A stretch of DNA of 64,000 bases from Nitrospirales bacterium. GTDB lineage: Bacteria; Nitrospirota; Nitrospiria; Nitrospirales; UBA8639. Under the pieces are notes generated by a model, which ran no database searches, was not told where the DNA came from, and saw only the letters and a program-made list of their open reading frames with translations. Of this stretch, positions 9,227 through 18,522 are shown piece by piece; positions within the stretch are counted from its first letter, which is position 1, and each line of letters begins with the position of its first letter. The stretch lies in assembly GCA_965203295.1 (NCBI GenBank), contig CBDBCZ010000019.1:2496001-2560000 (forward strand), in the 5' to 3' direction. The position numbers and the translations under genes are program-made.

Positions 9227-10171
9227 ATGTTTTCCATAAGTCAACTTCTAATCCTCAGATTAAAGAGCCACCTGGTTATGGGGTTGATAGCATTGGCTGC
9301 ATGTGTATGGGTTGGGACAGGACTCGCCTACCAGGAATCTGCAGACTTTGTCGGTGGCCATTTGATCGGAACGGTAACGTGGAAAGGAAAGAAGGCCAAA
9401 CCAAGACGTTACAATTTGGCTTTGTATTCTGATCCGTATTACTGCGGACAAATTTCAGATGGCAAGGGTTGGCGAATATCACCCTTCCTCAAGACCAGAT
9501 CCAATCAATCAGTCCAAGGTGTTATCATATACATAGAGAACATCGAGAAAGGCAAAACTTTCTACTCACAAAATCGGATTGTATTGACGAAGAATTGTCG
9601 TTTTTCGCCCTATATCAGTATCGTGAAAAGAGGAGAACTTTTGAAATTTGAAAATCGGGATCCCGTCCAGCACAAGCTAGAAATCTATCAATCTTCTGCA
9701 AAAGGGGCCAAGCTTATATTCCACCAAGATCTTCCTCGTCATCCAAAGACGAGGAAAAGCGATTTTCTAGTCGAGGGCAATATGGGGACACATCTCGCAG
9801 GACCCGAAGTCGTGTATGAGGTTCTCAATTCCAGTCCATTAGTTTTCAGATGTTCCTATCATGAATTCATGGAGGGTTGGACCCTGGTGTTAACACATCC
9901 CTATTTTGCAATATCTGGCGATAACGGAGAATTTTCGATCCAGGATATTCCACCAGGAACGTACAAACTCATCGCCTGGCATCCCCTGGGACACATCGAA
10001 AAGACAATAGAGATAGCCGAAAAAGGAACTCATCCCCTGAATATAGAGTTTGAGGCAACTTCGACGACCACATACCCTCTGCAATCTCCGAAACAAAATC
10101 CCTTTGGCATCGAATTGTCAGGAAATCCAAATATTGTTCCCACAGTCGAACTTCAAGAATTTCATGAATAA
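9227..10171 (+). CDS. Secreted protein with cupredoxin-like core and carboxypeptidase-regulatory-like domain
   Basis: CRFSPY, NRDPVQH, FRCSYHEFM (Cys-His-Met), GEFSIQDIPPGTYKLIAWHP; start codon uncertain. Confidence 0.75.
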   Translation: MFSISQLLILRLKSHLVMGLIALAACVWVGTGLAYQESADFVGGHLIGTVTWKGKKAKPRRYNLALYSDPYYCGQISDGKGWRISPFLKTRSNQSVQGVIIYIENIEKGKTFYSQNRIVLTKNCRFSPYISIVKRGELLKFENRDPVQHKLEIYQSSAKGAKLIFHQDLPRHPKTRKSDFLVEGNMGTHLAGPEVVYEVLNSSPLVFRCSYHEFMEGWTLVLTHPYFAISGDNGEFSIQDIPPGTYKLIAWHPLGHIEKTIEIAEKGTHPLNIEFEATSTTTYPLQSPKQNPFGIELSGNPNIVPTVELQEFHE

Positions 10172-10321
10172 ACAACAGAATGGAATCATCATACAGACCA
10201 ATCAAGAATCGGAACACGTAATCATGAGGAAGTGAGCAGCCCGGATCCGCGCCCCTATCAGTGGCGTGAAGTTCAAAGTATGTAACACTCTGCAAACAAC
10301 TCTCATAGGAAGGAGGCAGGC

Positions 10322-11236
10322 ATGAAGATCGTCATATTGGGTGGTTCAGGGTTCATCGGACGACACTTATGTCACTCCTTAGCTGAAGACGCCCATAGCG
10401 TGACAGTCCTTTCACGAAACCCCGAAAAAGCTTCGACTCGTCTCGACCCTCGAGTCGCTGCAGAGAAATGGGATCCACTGGAATGGGGTACGTTGGAGAA
10501 GGTGATCGACGGAAAGAATGTGATCGTCAATCTCGCAGGAGAGCCTATTGCCGATAGTCGCTGGACTGAATCAAGGAAAAAAGCTTTGCGAGACAGCCGG
10601 GTGCACATCACACACCTACTGGTCAACGCCCTTTCTCATGTCAAGCAGTCCCCTAACGTTCTTATCAACGCGTCCGGGATTGGGTTCTATGGACCGACAT
10701 CGATAACTCCTGTCAACGAAGACACGCCTGCAGGCAGAGGCTTTTTGGCTGAACTTTGCGTTGACTGGGAAAAAGAAGCAGCTCGTGCAGAACGCCTTGG
10801 GGTTCGCGTGGTGTGCCTCAGAATCGGCATGGTATTGGGATATGATGGAGGTGCATTGCCTAAAATGATTTTACCCTTTCGGCTTTTTGCTGGCGGGCCA
10901 ATTCTTCCTGCCACTCAACCCGTTTCTTGGATTCATTGGAAGGACCTCGTGAGCCTCATCAGATTCATCCTTGATCACGACCGCATCGCAGGTCCAATCA
11001 ATACTGTTTCTCCAGAGCCTGTCACCATGAAGGCTTTCTGTCAGGCCCTTGGAGAATCGCTTAATCGTCCATCATGGGTTCCCGTTCCGGGGTTCTTGTT
11101 GAAGATCGGCCTTGGTGAAATGGCCACACTCATGACCACAGGACAAGCTGTTGAACCAGGAATCGCAAAGAAATTTGGATTTACATTTAGCTATCCGACG
11201 TTGGGGCCTGCTCTCCAGTCAGTCGTGAAAGGGTAA
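10322..11236 (+). CDS. TIGR01777/YfcH-family NAD(P)-binding epimerase-like protein
   Basis: GGSGFIG, VNLAGEPI, RWT..RKK, SASGIGFYG-like motif, FLAELCVDWE, GGALPKM. Confidence 0.9.
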   Translation: MKIVILGGSGFIGRHLCHSLAEDAHSVTVLSRNPEKASTRLDPRVAAEKWDPLEWGTLEKVIDGKNVIVNLAGEPIADSRWTESRKKALRDSRVHITHLLVNALSHVKQSPNVLINASGIGFYGPTSITPVNEDTPAGRGFLAELCVDWEKEAARAERLGVRVVCLRIGMVLGYDGGALPKMILPFRLFAGGPILPATQPVSWIHWKDLVSLIRFILDHDRIAGPINTVSPEPVTMKAFCQALGESLNRPSWVPVPGFLLKIGLGEMATLMTTGQAVEPGIAKKFGFTFSYPTLGPALQSVVKG

Positions 11237-11305
11237 TTGGGGAAAGGGCTTCCAGGGAAGGCAATGACTTGCCATCTCATGGGTCGACAGGAGGAGGAGA
11301 AACTT

Positions 11306-11884
11306 ATGAAACGACACGCCATTCGAATCTATCAAACAAGTATTATCATTTCATTCATCGCAAGCTGTTTGGTCTTCTCCGCCTGGATGCCTGTCAAGAG
11401 CCTCGCAGCAGGAACGCACTTAACCAGAGGACAAAAGCTACCAGACGCTGAACTCATGGGAAAAGGGCAACGAATCGTTCGTCTCAATGATCTCAAGGGT
11501 CGAGTCAAGATTCTCAGCATGGTCCCTCAACTCAACACACCTGTCTGTGACGAACAAACCCATCGGTTCAGTGAAAACAATGGTGGGTTAGATCAACAAT
11601 TGGAAATCGTGACCATTAGTACCAACACCGCTGAAGACCAGGCTCGGTTCGCAGAAAAAGCGAAAATCCACAACATCACATTCCTGTCTGACTCTCCCAA
11701 TCATGATTTTGGAGAGAAGACCGGCTTGCTGCTGCCCATGCATAATATTCTTCATCGAACCGTTATCGTGACGGATTCGGAAAATATCATTCGGTACATG
11801 GAACATGTTCCCATGGGGCAACTCCCAAACTTTGATCAGGCTTTTGAAGCGGCACGAAAGACGTTAGATCTTCGCCCACATTGA
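11306..11884 (+). CDS. Exported thiol peroxidase (Tpx-like peroxiredoxin)
   Basis: PQLNTPVC (PxxxTxxC), SDS, conserved Arg in LHRTV; signal peptide; strong GGAGG RBS; no resolving Cys in mature part. Confidence 0.8.
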   Translation: MKRHAIRIYQTSIIISFIASCLVFSAWMPVKSLAAGTHLTRGQKLPDAELMGKGQRIVRLNDLKGRVKILSMVPQLNTPVCDEQTHRFSENNGGLDQQLEIVTISTNTAEDQARFAEKAKIHNITFLSDSPNHDFGEKTGLLLPMHNILHRTVIVTDSENIIRYMEHVPMGQLPNFDQAFEAARKTLDLRPH

Positions 11885-11894
11885 GGGGTTCACT

Positions 11895-12359
11895 ATGATG
11901 CAGCATACACTCGCCTACCTTCACCTTCTGGCAATAGCTGTTCTCGTCGGAAAAGTCGTGTTTCTTTCATTTTTCACAGCTCCTATTCTTGCTCGCACGT
12001 TGGATGCTGATTCCTTTGCTAGAGTGGTTCGTCAACTGTTTCCTCAGTATTATGCGCTTGGAATGGTCAGCGCAGTGGTCGGCTGGATCACGATTACAGG
12101 CATCGCTCTTCAGCGTGGATTTCAGCCATGGGATCTCATTTCCTCCACATTGTGGCTAGGAATCCTCGCAGCAGAAAACTATTGTCGAACGCCTTTGATT
12201 CCTCAGATCAACTCCCTGAGCGACCAGCTCAAGGAGAATCACGCGCGAGGGCTGAACATTCCCTCGATTCAAAAACGAAGAGACTCCCTTCACCGACTGT
12301 CTGTACAACTGAATGGGGTGGTGTTGATATGTGGTCTGTGTCTTCTCGGTTTAATTTAA
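11895..12359 (+). CDS. Membrane protein, DUF4149/TMEM205-like
   Basis: Four hydrophobic segments; FFTAPILAR, LFPQYY, LHRLSVQLN. Confidence 0.75.
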   Translation: MMQHTLAYLHLLAIAVLVGKVVFLSFFTAPILARTLDADSFARVVRQLFPQYYALGMVSAVVGWITITGIALQRGFQPWDLISSTLWLGILAAENYCRTPLIPQINSLSDQLKENHARGLNIPSIQKRRDSLHRLSVQLNGVVLICGLCLLGLI

Positions 12360-12361
12360 GG

Positions 12362-12391
12362 GGCTGTTGAAAACAGAATTTTTGAACAGCC
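12362..12391. repeat. Short inverted repeat GGCTGTTGAAAA...TTTTGAACAGCC (MITE/IS-end-like)
   Basis: 12-bp arms with one mismatch; related ends at 24915-24930 and 27606-27676. Confidence 0.5.
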
Positions 12392-12417
12392 TTGAACGGG
12401 AAAGAAGGTACTACTCA

Positions 12418-12933
12418 ATGAGTAAAATCAACTGTAACAGTTCGGTCTTATCATTGAACAAGCTTCAGTTCATGTTCTTTATCTATCTGTTTGGAGGAAT
12501 CGTTTTCCTTTGTTTTCTCCAAACTGGGGCCTTGGGCGAGTCGCGCTCACCATCACCCACTAATCCTCACGAAGTGTATCCTTCTCAAGGGACGCTGCCC
12601 GAAGATATCGTCGGGCTTGCGCTTCATATATCCGCCCATCGTGTAGGCGATACAGCCCGGCTGTACATTAGAGCGGTTCATCCGGAGGGGCCGGCAGCAC
12701 GCGCTGGTCTGGCTCATGGCGATGAAGTCATAGAAGTGGATGGCAACGCACTGGGAGAGAAGACGTATCAGCAGATTATCAGGTTAATTCGAGGTGAAGT
12801 CGGACAAAGCGTCAACCTGAAAGTCGACGGCCAACAAGGCATCCGAACGATTTCAATTATGCGAGTAAGTGAAGAGCAGTTAGTAGGCCGGCAAAGAACA
12901 ACCTTCAATTTCTCACGGGAAAAACACGGCTAA
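12418..12933 (+). CDS. Exported stand-alone PDZ domain protein
   Basis: VGL, GPAARAGLAHGDEVIEVDG, LIRGEVGQSVNL; N-terminal hydrophobic segment. Confidence 0.8.
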   Translation: MSKINCNSSVLSLNKLQFMFFIYLFGGIVFLCFLQTGALGESRSPSPTNPHEVYPSQGTLPEDIVGLALHISAHRVGDTARLYIRAVHPEGPAARAGLAHGDEVIEVDGNALGEKTYQQIIRLIRGEVGQSVNLKVDGQQGIRTISIMRVSEEQLVGRQRTTFNFSREKHG

Positions 12934-13044
12934 GACTCATCACGTTTGAGGATTCCAAGAATTGAGGAGAAAAGGTCCAAACGAAAATCGAGTGATCAAT
13001 TCGAAGAGCACATCCTCAAACTTACAGAAGTCACTTCGTGGCAA

Positions 13045-13995
13045 ATGACAAAGACCAACAAAATTGGCATTAGCCGTTGCTTATTGGGAAATGAAGTTCG
13101 TTTTGACGGCGGGCACAAACATGATCATTTTTTAACCAAGACGTTTAGCCAGTTCGTCGAGTGGATTCCAGTATGCCCTGAAGTGGGGGCTGGATTGGGA
13201 ACACCTCGTGAAGCGATGCGACTTGTGGGCTCAGAGAACGCTCCAAGACTCATCACGATCAAAAGTCGACAAGACTATACCCCTGTTTTACTGGAATATT
13301 CTGCTCGAAAAACTCGGGAACTAAAATCTGAAGCATTAGATGACTTCATATTTAAAAAAGCCTCGCCGAGCTGCGGCGTCACTCGGGTTCGCATTTACAA
13401 CGAAAAGGGCATGCCGGATCCAAAAGGAAGCGGGCTCTTTGCTCGAGCATTTATCAGACAATTTCCCTTGATCCCGGTTGAAGAAGAGGGACGTCTCAAT
13501 GATCCGATCATACGTGAAAACTTTGTCGAACGAGTATTTTGTTACCACCGTTGGCGGTCTCTTAGTCAAAACAAGCTCACACGAGGTGCTCTGGTTGAAT
13601 TTCATACCCGACAGAAGCTTCTTTTACTGGCCCACAGTCGCCCACATTATCTGCAGTTAGGGCAATTGGTTGCGAATGCCAAAAACTTTACTCCACGCCA
13701 ACTGGTTGATGAGTATGGCCGTGTATTTATGGAAGGATTAAAAGTGCGTGCCACGGTTCGAAAACACGTGAACGTGCTCCAGCATGTCGTGGGATATTTC
13801 AAAAAACGCCTCAATGCTAGCGAACGAGAGGAATTAGACGACGTCATCTCTGATTATCATCAGGGCTTAACACCATTAATTGTTCCCTTAACCTTCATCA
13901 GTCACTATGTTCGAGTTTTTCAGGTGGCCTATCTTTAAAACCAAGTTTACCTGGATCCACATCCAAAAGAGCTCATGCTTCGTAATCATGTCTGA
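13045..13995 (+). pseudogene. DUF523-DUF1722 (YbgA / 2-thiouracil desulfurase-like) protein with premature TAA at 13936-13938
   Basis: GISRCLLG..VRFDGGH, VCPEV, SPSCG, EEEGRLND; conserved tail YL*NQVYLDPHPKELMLRNHV continues in frame beyond the stop. Confidence 0.85.
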
Positions 13996-13996
13996 T

Positions 13997-14941
13997 ATGG
14001 AAAAGTATCCGGAAGGATTTCGGATTAAAAGCGTGTCCCAAATCACAAGGCTTAGCCCCCATATCATCAGGAAATGGGAGCAACGCTATTCTCTGTTGTG
14101 CCCAAGCCGCGCGGCCAACGGGTATAGGATTTATGGTGAAGAGGATCTCCAACTTCTTCTGTACATCAAAGCTCAAATAGCATGTGGAATATCGATTGGG
14201 CACCTCGCCAATCGAAGCCTTGCTGCTCTCAGGAAGGCGATGTCAAATGGCCAGGAGGCAAGTCTTGGCGTCCCGGAAAATCTGAAAGACGATTCCACGG
14301 CATTGCTCCAAGCTGCTCAGCAAGGTCGTACTGGATCAGTTGAAAAAAAAGTCCATGCATTCATTCAACGGCTGGGAATCGATTCAGCGCTCAAGGATAT
14401 TTTCTTTTCCATCCTTCTGACAGTTGGTGACTTGTGGCACAGAGGAAAAATAAGTATCTCGGGTGAGCGCTGTATCACACAAAACATTCGACGATATCTT
14501 GCTGAAGCAAATCGCCTTCTGAATCGTCAAACAGGACCGTTAGCGATCATTGCCTGTTTCCCGAATGACTATCACGAGATTGGAGCCATGACGGCCGTAC
14601 GGGTACTCCATCAACAAGGCTGGAGAACGACCTACTTGGGACCAGAGTCCGGTATCGACTTAATCCACTTGGCCTGCCAACGACGACAGAGTAAACTTGT
14701 TGTGCTGTCGTGTGTTGTCGAACCATCCGAAGAAGATATGAAGGATGTGATTGACAAAATATCCAGCAAACTTCTCCCCCTTTGTCCTGTCCTGATCGGA
14801 GGCAAGGGCGCAACCTTGTTTATCGATTGGCTTGAACGGCGGGGCATTCGCTTCATTGGAGATATCCAAGCCTTTGAGCACACGAAGATCGACACATGTT
14901 CAACAAATAATTCATTCAGCACATCGACCATCTCTCATTAA
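13997..14941 (+). CDS. MerR-family regulator with cobalamin-binding domain (CarH/LitR-like photoreceptor)
   Basis: MerR HTH IRKWEQRY..P.R..NGYRIY; LWH-x8-ER cap motif; DYHEIG B12 ligand motif; YLGP; VLIGG. Confidence 0.85.
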   Translation: MEKYPEGFRIKSVSQITRLSPHIIRKWEQRYSLLCPSRAANGYRIYGEEDLQLLLYIKAQIACGISIGHLANRSLAALRKAMSNGQEASLGVPENLKDDSTALLQAAQQGRTGSVEKKVHAFIQRLGIDSALKDIFFSILLTVGDLWHRGKISISGERCITQNIRRYLAEANRLLNRQTGPLAIIACFPNDYHEIGAMTAVRVLHQQGWRTTYLGPESGIDLIHLACQRRQSKLVVLSCVVEPSEEDMKDVIDKISSKLLPLCPVLIGGKGATLFIDWLERRGIRFIGDIQAFEHTKIDTCSTNNSFSTSTISH

Positions 14942-14957
14942 AAGGAGCACACACAAC

Positions 14958-15482
14958 ATGACTGATTCAAAACGCGGGGTCATCCTTGTTGGTCACGGAG
15001 GGATCCCTAAAGATTATCCTTCAGAACTCGTCACGAAATTGAAAAGACTTGAAGCCCAACGCCGAGCCTCGGGGTCCCCCATGTCCGCCGAAGAATTGGA
15101 ATTGGACACGAAGATTCGCGAATGGCCACGCACGAAAGAAACCGATCCTTATAAAGCTGGGCTGGAATCATTGGCTGAGTCACTCAGTCCTCTATTACCT
15201 AGCGAGCATTTTGCTCTTGCCTATAATGAATTTTGTGGTCCAACCTTGAGTCAAGCAGTCGAGCAACTCATACTCGATGGTGCAGAAGAAATTATCGTCG
15301 TCTCTACCATGTATACGCCTGGAGGGTCTCATTCGGAATATGAAATCCCTGAAGAACTGGATGAGCTCCGCATCAAGCATCCCAAGATTACGTTGACCTA
15401 TGCGTGGCCTTTCGATCTCCATCAGGTTTCAACGATGCTGACTGAACATATTAAGCGATTTCAAACACAGGGAGTCGGGTAA
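14958..15482 (+). CDS. CbiX/SirB-family sirohydrochlorin chelatase (short form)
   Basis: ILVGHGG, AYNEFCGPTL, GGSHSEYEIP; RBS AAGGAG. Confidence 0.8.
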   Translation: MTDSKRGVILVGHGGIPKDYPSELVTKLKRLEAQRRASGSPMSAEELELDTKIREWPRTKETDPYKAGLESLAESLSPLLPSEHFALAYNEFCGPTLSQAVEQLILDGAEEIIVVSTMYTPGGSHSEYEIPEELDELRIKHPKITLTYAWPFDLHQVSTMLTEHIKRFQTQGVG

Positions 15483-15495
15483 GGGGGTCGTCCCA

Positions 15496-16749
15496 ATGCC
15501 CGACTCGGCGCAGGTACTCATTGTCGGAGGTGGATTGGCTGGTCTTTCATGTGCTAAGCGCTTATGGGGAGAAAACATTTCCTTCACCATTCTTGAAGCC
15601 TCAGATGCGATTGGAGGTCGTGTTCGAACGGATCACGTGGATGGGTTCCTTCTCGATCGCGGCTTCCAAGTGTTTCTCACTGCGTACCTAGAGGCCAAGC
15701 GGCAGTTGGATTATCAGGCCCTCAAACTTCATTCCTTTTTCCCCGGTGCACTCATTCGGTCTGAAAATCGTTTTTATGAAGTAGCCGACCCCTTTCGATT
15801 CCCCATCAAGAGTCTGAAATCCCTATCGAGTCCCATTGGCACCATCAAAGACAAACTTCGTGTCATAGGATTGGCAAGGAAGGTCCGTAACGCGGATCTG
15901 AACAATCCACCAATCATTTCAGAAACTTCAACTCATAGAGCCCTTCAGCAACTAGGATTTTCCGAAACGATGATCGAGCGTTTCTTCCACCCTTTCTTCG
16001 GCGGTGTGTTTTTGAATAGCACGCTCTCAACCTCAAGCCGTGTATTTGAATTCCTGTTCCGGATGTTTTCTCAAGGCCCAATTGCTCTTCCAGCATCTGG
16101 CATGCGTGCCATTCCTGATCAACTTGCTTCCTTTATTCCAGAAGGAAGCATTCAGACCAATGCTCCCGTCGTTTCTGTGAAAGACAATCACGTTCTCTTA
16201 CGTTCTGGTCAATGCCTTGAAAGTCAAGCGGTGGTGGTTGCGACGAATGGATCACAAGCTGCGAAACTCATAAACGGCTCGCAATCTCCAACATATCAGC
16301 AGGCCACCTGCCTATACTTTGTGGCTCAAAAGACTCCAGTGAAAGGTCCTTATCTTGTCCTGAACGGAGAAGCCCAAGGACTGATCAATCATCTGTGCGT
16401 TCTAAGCGAAGTCGCACCTTCATATGCTCCACCTGGGCAGTCCCTCATTTCCGTAACCGTCTTAAATCAACCTACGCCAGATTCCGAGGAAACAAAAAAA
16501 TCGGTACGAGCCCATCTCGTAGAGTGGTTCGGTTCAGCCGTTCAAGATTGGCGGCTTCTTCGAATATATCACATTGCTCATGCGCTTCCGTTACAGATTG
16601 CAGCTCTTCACCGGTCTAAACCCCAACACAGCGCTGGTTCCGACAACGTCTTTCTATGCGGAGACTATCGGGAAAGTGCAACGCACCACGGAGCTCTCCT
16701 CTCCGGACGCCACACGGCTGAAGACGTGATCGCGACATTGAAGAGATAA
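15496..16749 (+). CDS. FAD-dependent oxidoreductase, amine oxidase/phytoene desaturase/protoporphyrinogen oxidase superfamily
   Basis: IVGGGLAGL, EASDAIGGRVRTD, LDRGFQV, LCGDY, GALLSG. Confidence 0.88.
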   Translation: MPDSAQVLIVGGGLAGLSCAKRLWGENISFTILEASDAIGGRVRTDHVDGFLLDRGFQVFLTAYLEAKRQLDYQALKLHSFFPGALIRSENRFYEVADPFRFPIKSLKSLSSPIGTIKDKLRVIGLARKVRNADLNNPPIISETSTHRALQQLGFSETMIERFFHPFFGGVFLNSTLSTSSRVFEFLFRMFSQGPIALPASGMRAIPDQLASFIPEGSIQTNAPVVSVKDNHVLLRSGQCLESQAVVVATNGSQAAKLINGSQSPTYQQATCLYFVAQKTPVKGPYLVLNGEAQGLINHLCVLSEVAPSYAPPGQSLISVTVLNQPTPDSEETKKSVRAHLVEWFGSAVQDWRLLRIYHIAHALPLQIAALHRSKPQHSAGSDNVFLCGDYRESATHHGALLSGRHTAEDVIATLKR

Positions 16750-16767
16750 TGCCATAGAGAGGATGGA

Positions 16768-16826
16768 AAGTTTCGAGTTTAAGTTTTGGAGTTCAAAGTT
16801 TGAAGTTTTAGGTTTAAAGTTTAAAG
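16768..16826 (+). repeat. Degenerate heptamer tandem repeat (consensus ~AAGTTTA), about 8 units
   Basis: aagtttc gagttta agttttg gagttca aagtttg aagtttt aggttta aagttta. Confidence 0.7.
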
Positions 16827-16917
16827 ATATACGTTTCTACGTCACAACATCGCGACGATGAATTGCTGTTTAAGTGTAAAGACTTGGGTTTGATCTTTTG
16901 AGAATCTGGTTTGTATT

Positions 16918-17113
16918 AGCCGGGTTTCGCCTCGGCAGTCGAGGTCATTTTGTTTCGGCAAAAGGCCCCAAAACCATTACCGCCCGCGCTCGGCCCTGCG
17001 GGTCTCCTTCGTCCCAGCACCGAATCACATGGCTGCGGAACTCGCTCCGCTCAGACAGTCCTCACCGAATTGTCGGATTCGGCGCTGCGACTCAGCCACG
17101 CGCAAGGCGGAAC
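16918..17113. repeat. GC-rich structured interspersed element (REP/MITE-like)
   Basis: Successive hairpins GCCGGG-TTTCG-CCTCGGC, TTTTG-TTTCGG-CAAAA, AACTCGCTCCGCTCAGACAG, CCGAAT...ATTCGG; GC-rich relative to flanks. Confidence 0.55.
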
Positions 17114-17136
17114 AAAAATAGGCGCGGAAGAGTGCG

Positions 17137-17568
17137 TTGATGACTTCATCTCCAGATACTTTTTCGGGTTCGAGGGAAGCTAGTCACACATCTCTCAGAA
17201 GATTGCTTTCCTCTGGGGCTGACATTAAAACCTTGGGCCTATTGTTCCTGGTTTCAGGCGTGATCGATTTTTTGTGGATCTTGTCTTATCCTGAATACGC
17301 GTTGAAAGTTTTTGGAACCACCTTTAGTGGTTGGGCAAGGGCACTGGTCAAATTTCAACACCCTTCGATCCACTGGGCTATTGGCTTTGGGTTTTGGAAA
17401 AAACGATGGTGGGCGTATGTGACCTATCTTGTCTATTTGTTTCTCGCTTGCCTGAGTGAAACAATCACTCAGGTCATCGATGGGTATCATCCCACCAGAA
17501 CAACAATGATTATGATCAGTCTGCTATTTGGCGTCTACATCGTATCCCGCAGAAAGGTGTTTCAGTAA
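17137..17568 (+). CDS. Small integral membrane protein, unknown function
   Basis: Four hydrophobic segments, KFQHP..H motif. Confidence 0.7.
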   Translation: MMTSSPDTFSGSREASHTSLRRLLSSGADIKTLGLLFLVSGVIDFLWILSYPEYALKVFGTTFSGWARALVKFQHPSIHWAIGFGFWKKRWWAYVTYLVYLFLACLSETITQVIDGYHPTRTTMIMISLLFGVYIVSRRKVFQ

Positions 17569-17669
17569 TCCCGTGACAGCAATCCTACAACCAAACTGGA
17601 CGCACTAGCATGATGGATAGAACGGGATTTTGCATTCAAAAAGATGGTCGAATCGAAATGGGGACCACG

Positions 17670-18522
17670 ATGTCTCTTCACCATATTCTGCCTTTGATCA
17701 TTACTGTATGTATTCTATCAGGCTGTAGTACCTTATCCATTTCATACAACCATGCTGATTGGATAGCACTTTGGAAGATTGATCAATACTTTGACATTTC
17801 CTATGAACAAGGAGCATCCCTGAAACCTAGACTCGTGAATCTTCATGATTGGCATCGCCAAGAAGAGCTCCCACTGTATGTCGATTTTCTTCAGGAGATT
17901 CACGATCGGTGGCAAGATGGCTTCACCGTTGATGAAATTCAGTGGATTGTTCACAGATATCGAACCCTTCGTGATCGGCTCACGATACGAATAGTCTCTG
18001 AGGGCTCACCTTTCTTGGTGACACTCGATCGAACCCAAATGCAATACTTCCAAAGCGTGATTGATGATGAAAATAGGGACTTGTTAAAGGAGATTGGAGA
18101 GACTCCTGAGGAGCGGCTGGCTCGACGGACTAAAAGATTTATTCGATGGTTAAAAGGTATAGGTAGGAAACCTGCCCCCCAACCAAGAGGTCGCTATTGC
18201 GCAGTTGATCAAACACTCTCCGGATAACACGAACTCCTAGCTGCGCAATCGCTACAACCGTCAACGCCAATTTGTCGCTCTTCTTCAGACTGAACGGAAT
18301 TCAGAAATCATTGAACAGACCATACGCCCGTGGTTTATCGATCCCGATCCGGGTACAGCCACCAGGCAAGAAATTCAAGAATTTGAGAGGCGAATGACGG
18401 CCTTACAAACATTTGCTTTAGAGACGGACCGCATTCTCACTGTTGAACAACGTCAACATGGATTGGCAAAGTTGCAGGCTCTCATACACGAAATTGAATC
18501 GCTGATCTCAACTCGGTCGTAA
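17670..18522 (+). pseudogene. Lipoprotein (DUF6279-like) broken by a frameshift near 18155 and two TAG codons
   Basis: Lipobox LSGC, YNHADW..W.IDQYFD, WHRQEELP.Y; shifted frame continues with TAG at 18160 and 18238 to ...ILTVEQRQH..KLQ, ending at 18522. Confidence 0.7.

Noticed and set aside
16898..17183. Two short ORFs over the structured element
   Set aside because: Arise from a GC-rich palindromic repeat; no RBS or protein-like pattern
3339..18240. Amber (TAG) recoding or pyrrolysine, suggested by in-frame TAGs at 3339, 18160 and 18238
   Set aside because: Several intact genes end in TAG (e.g. 6043, 7069, 9152), in-frame TAA lesions also occur, and no pyl genes are present; simple nonsense mutation explains them
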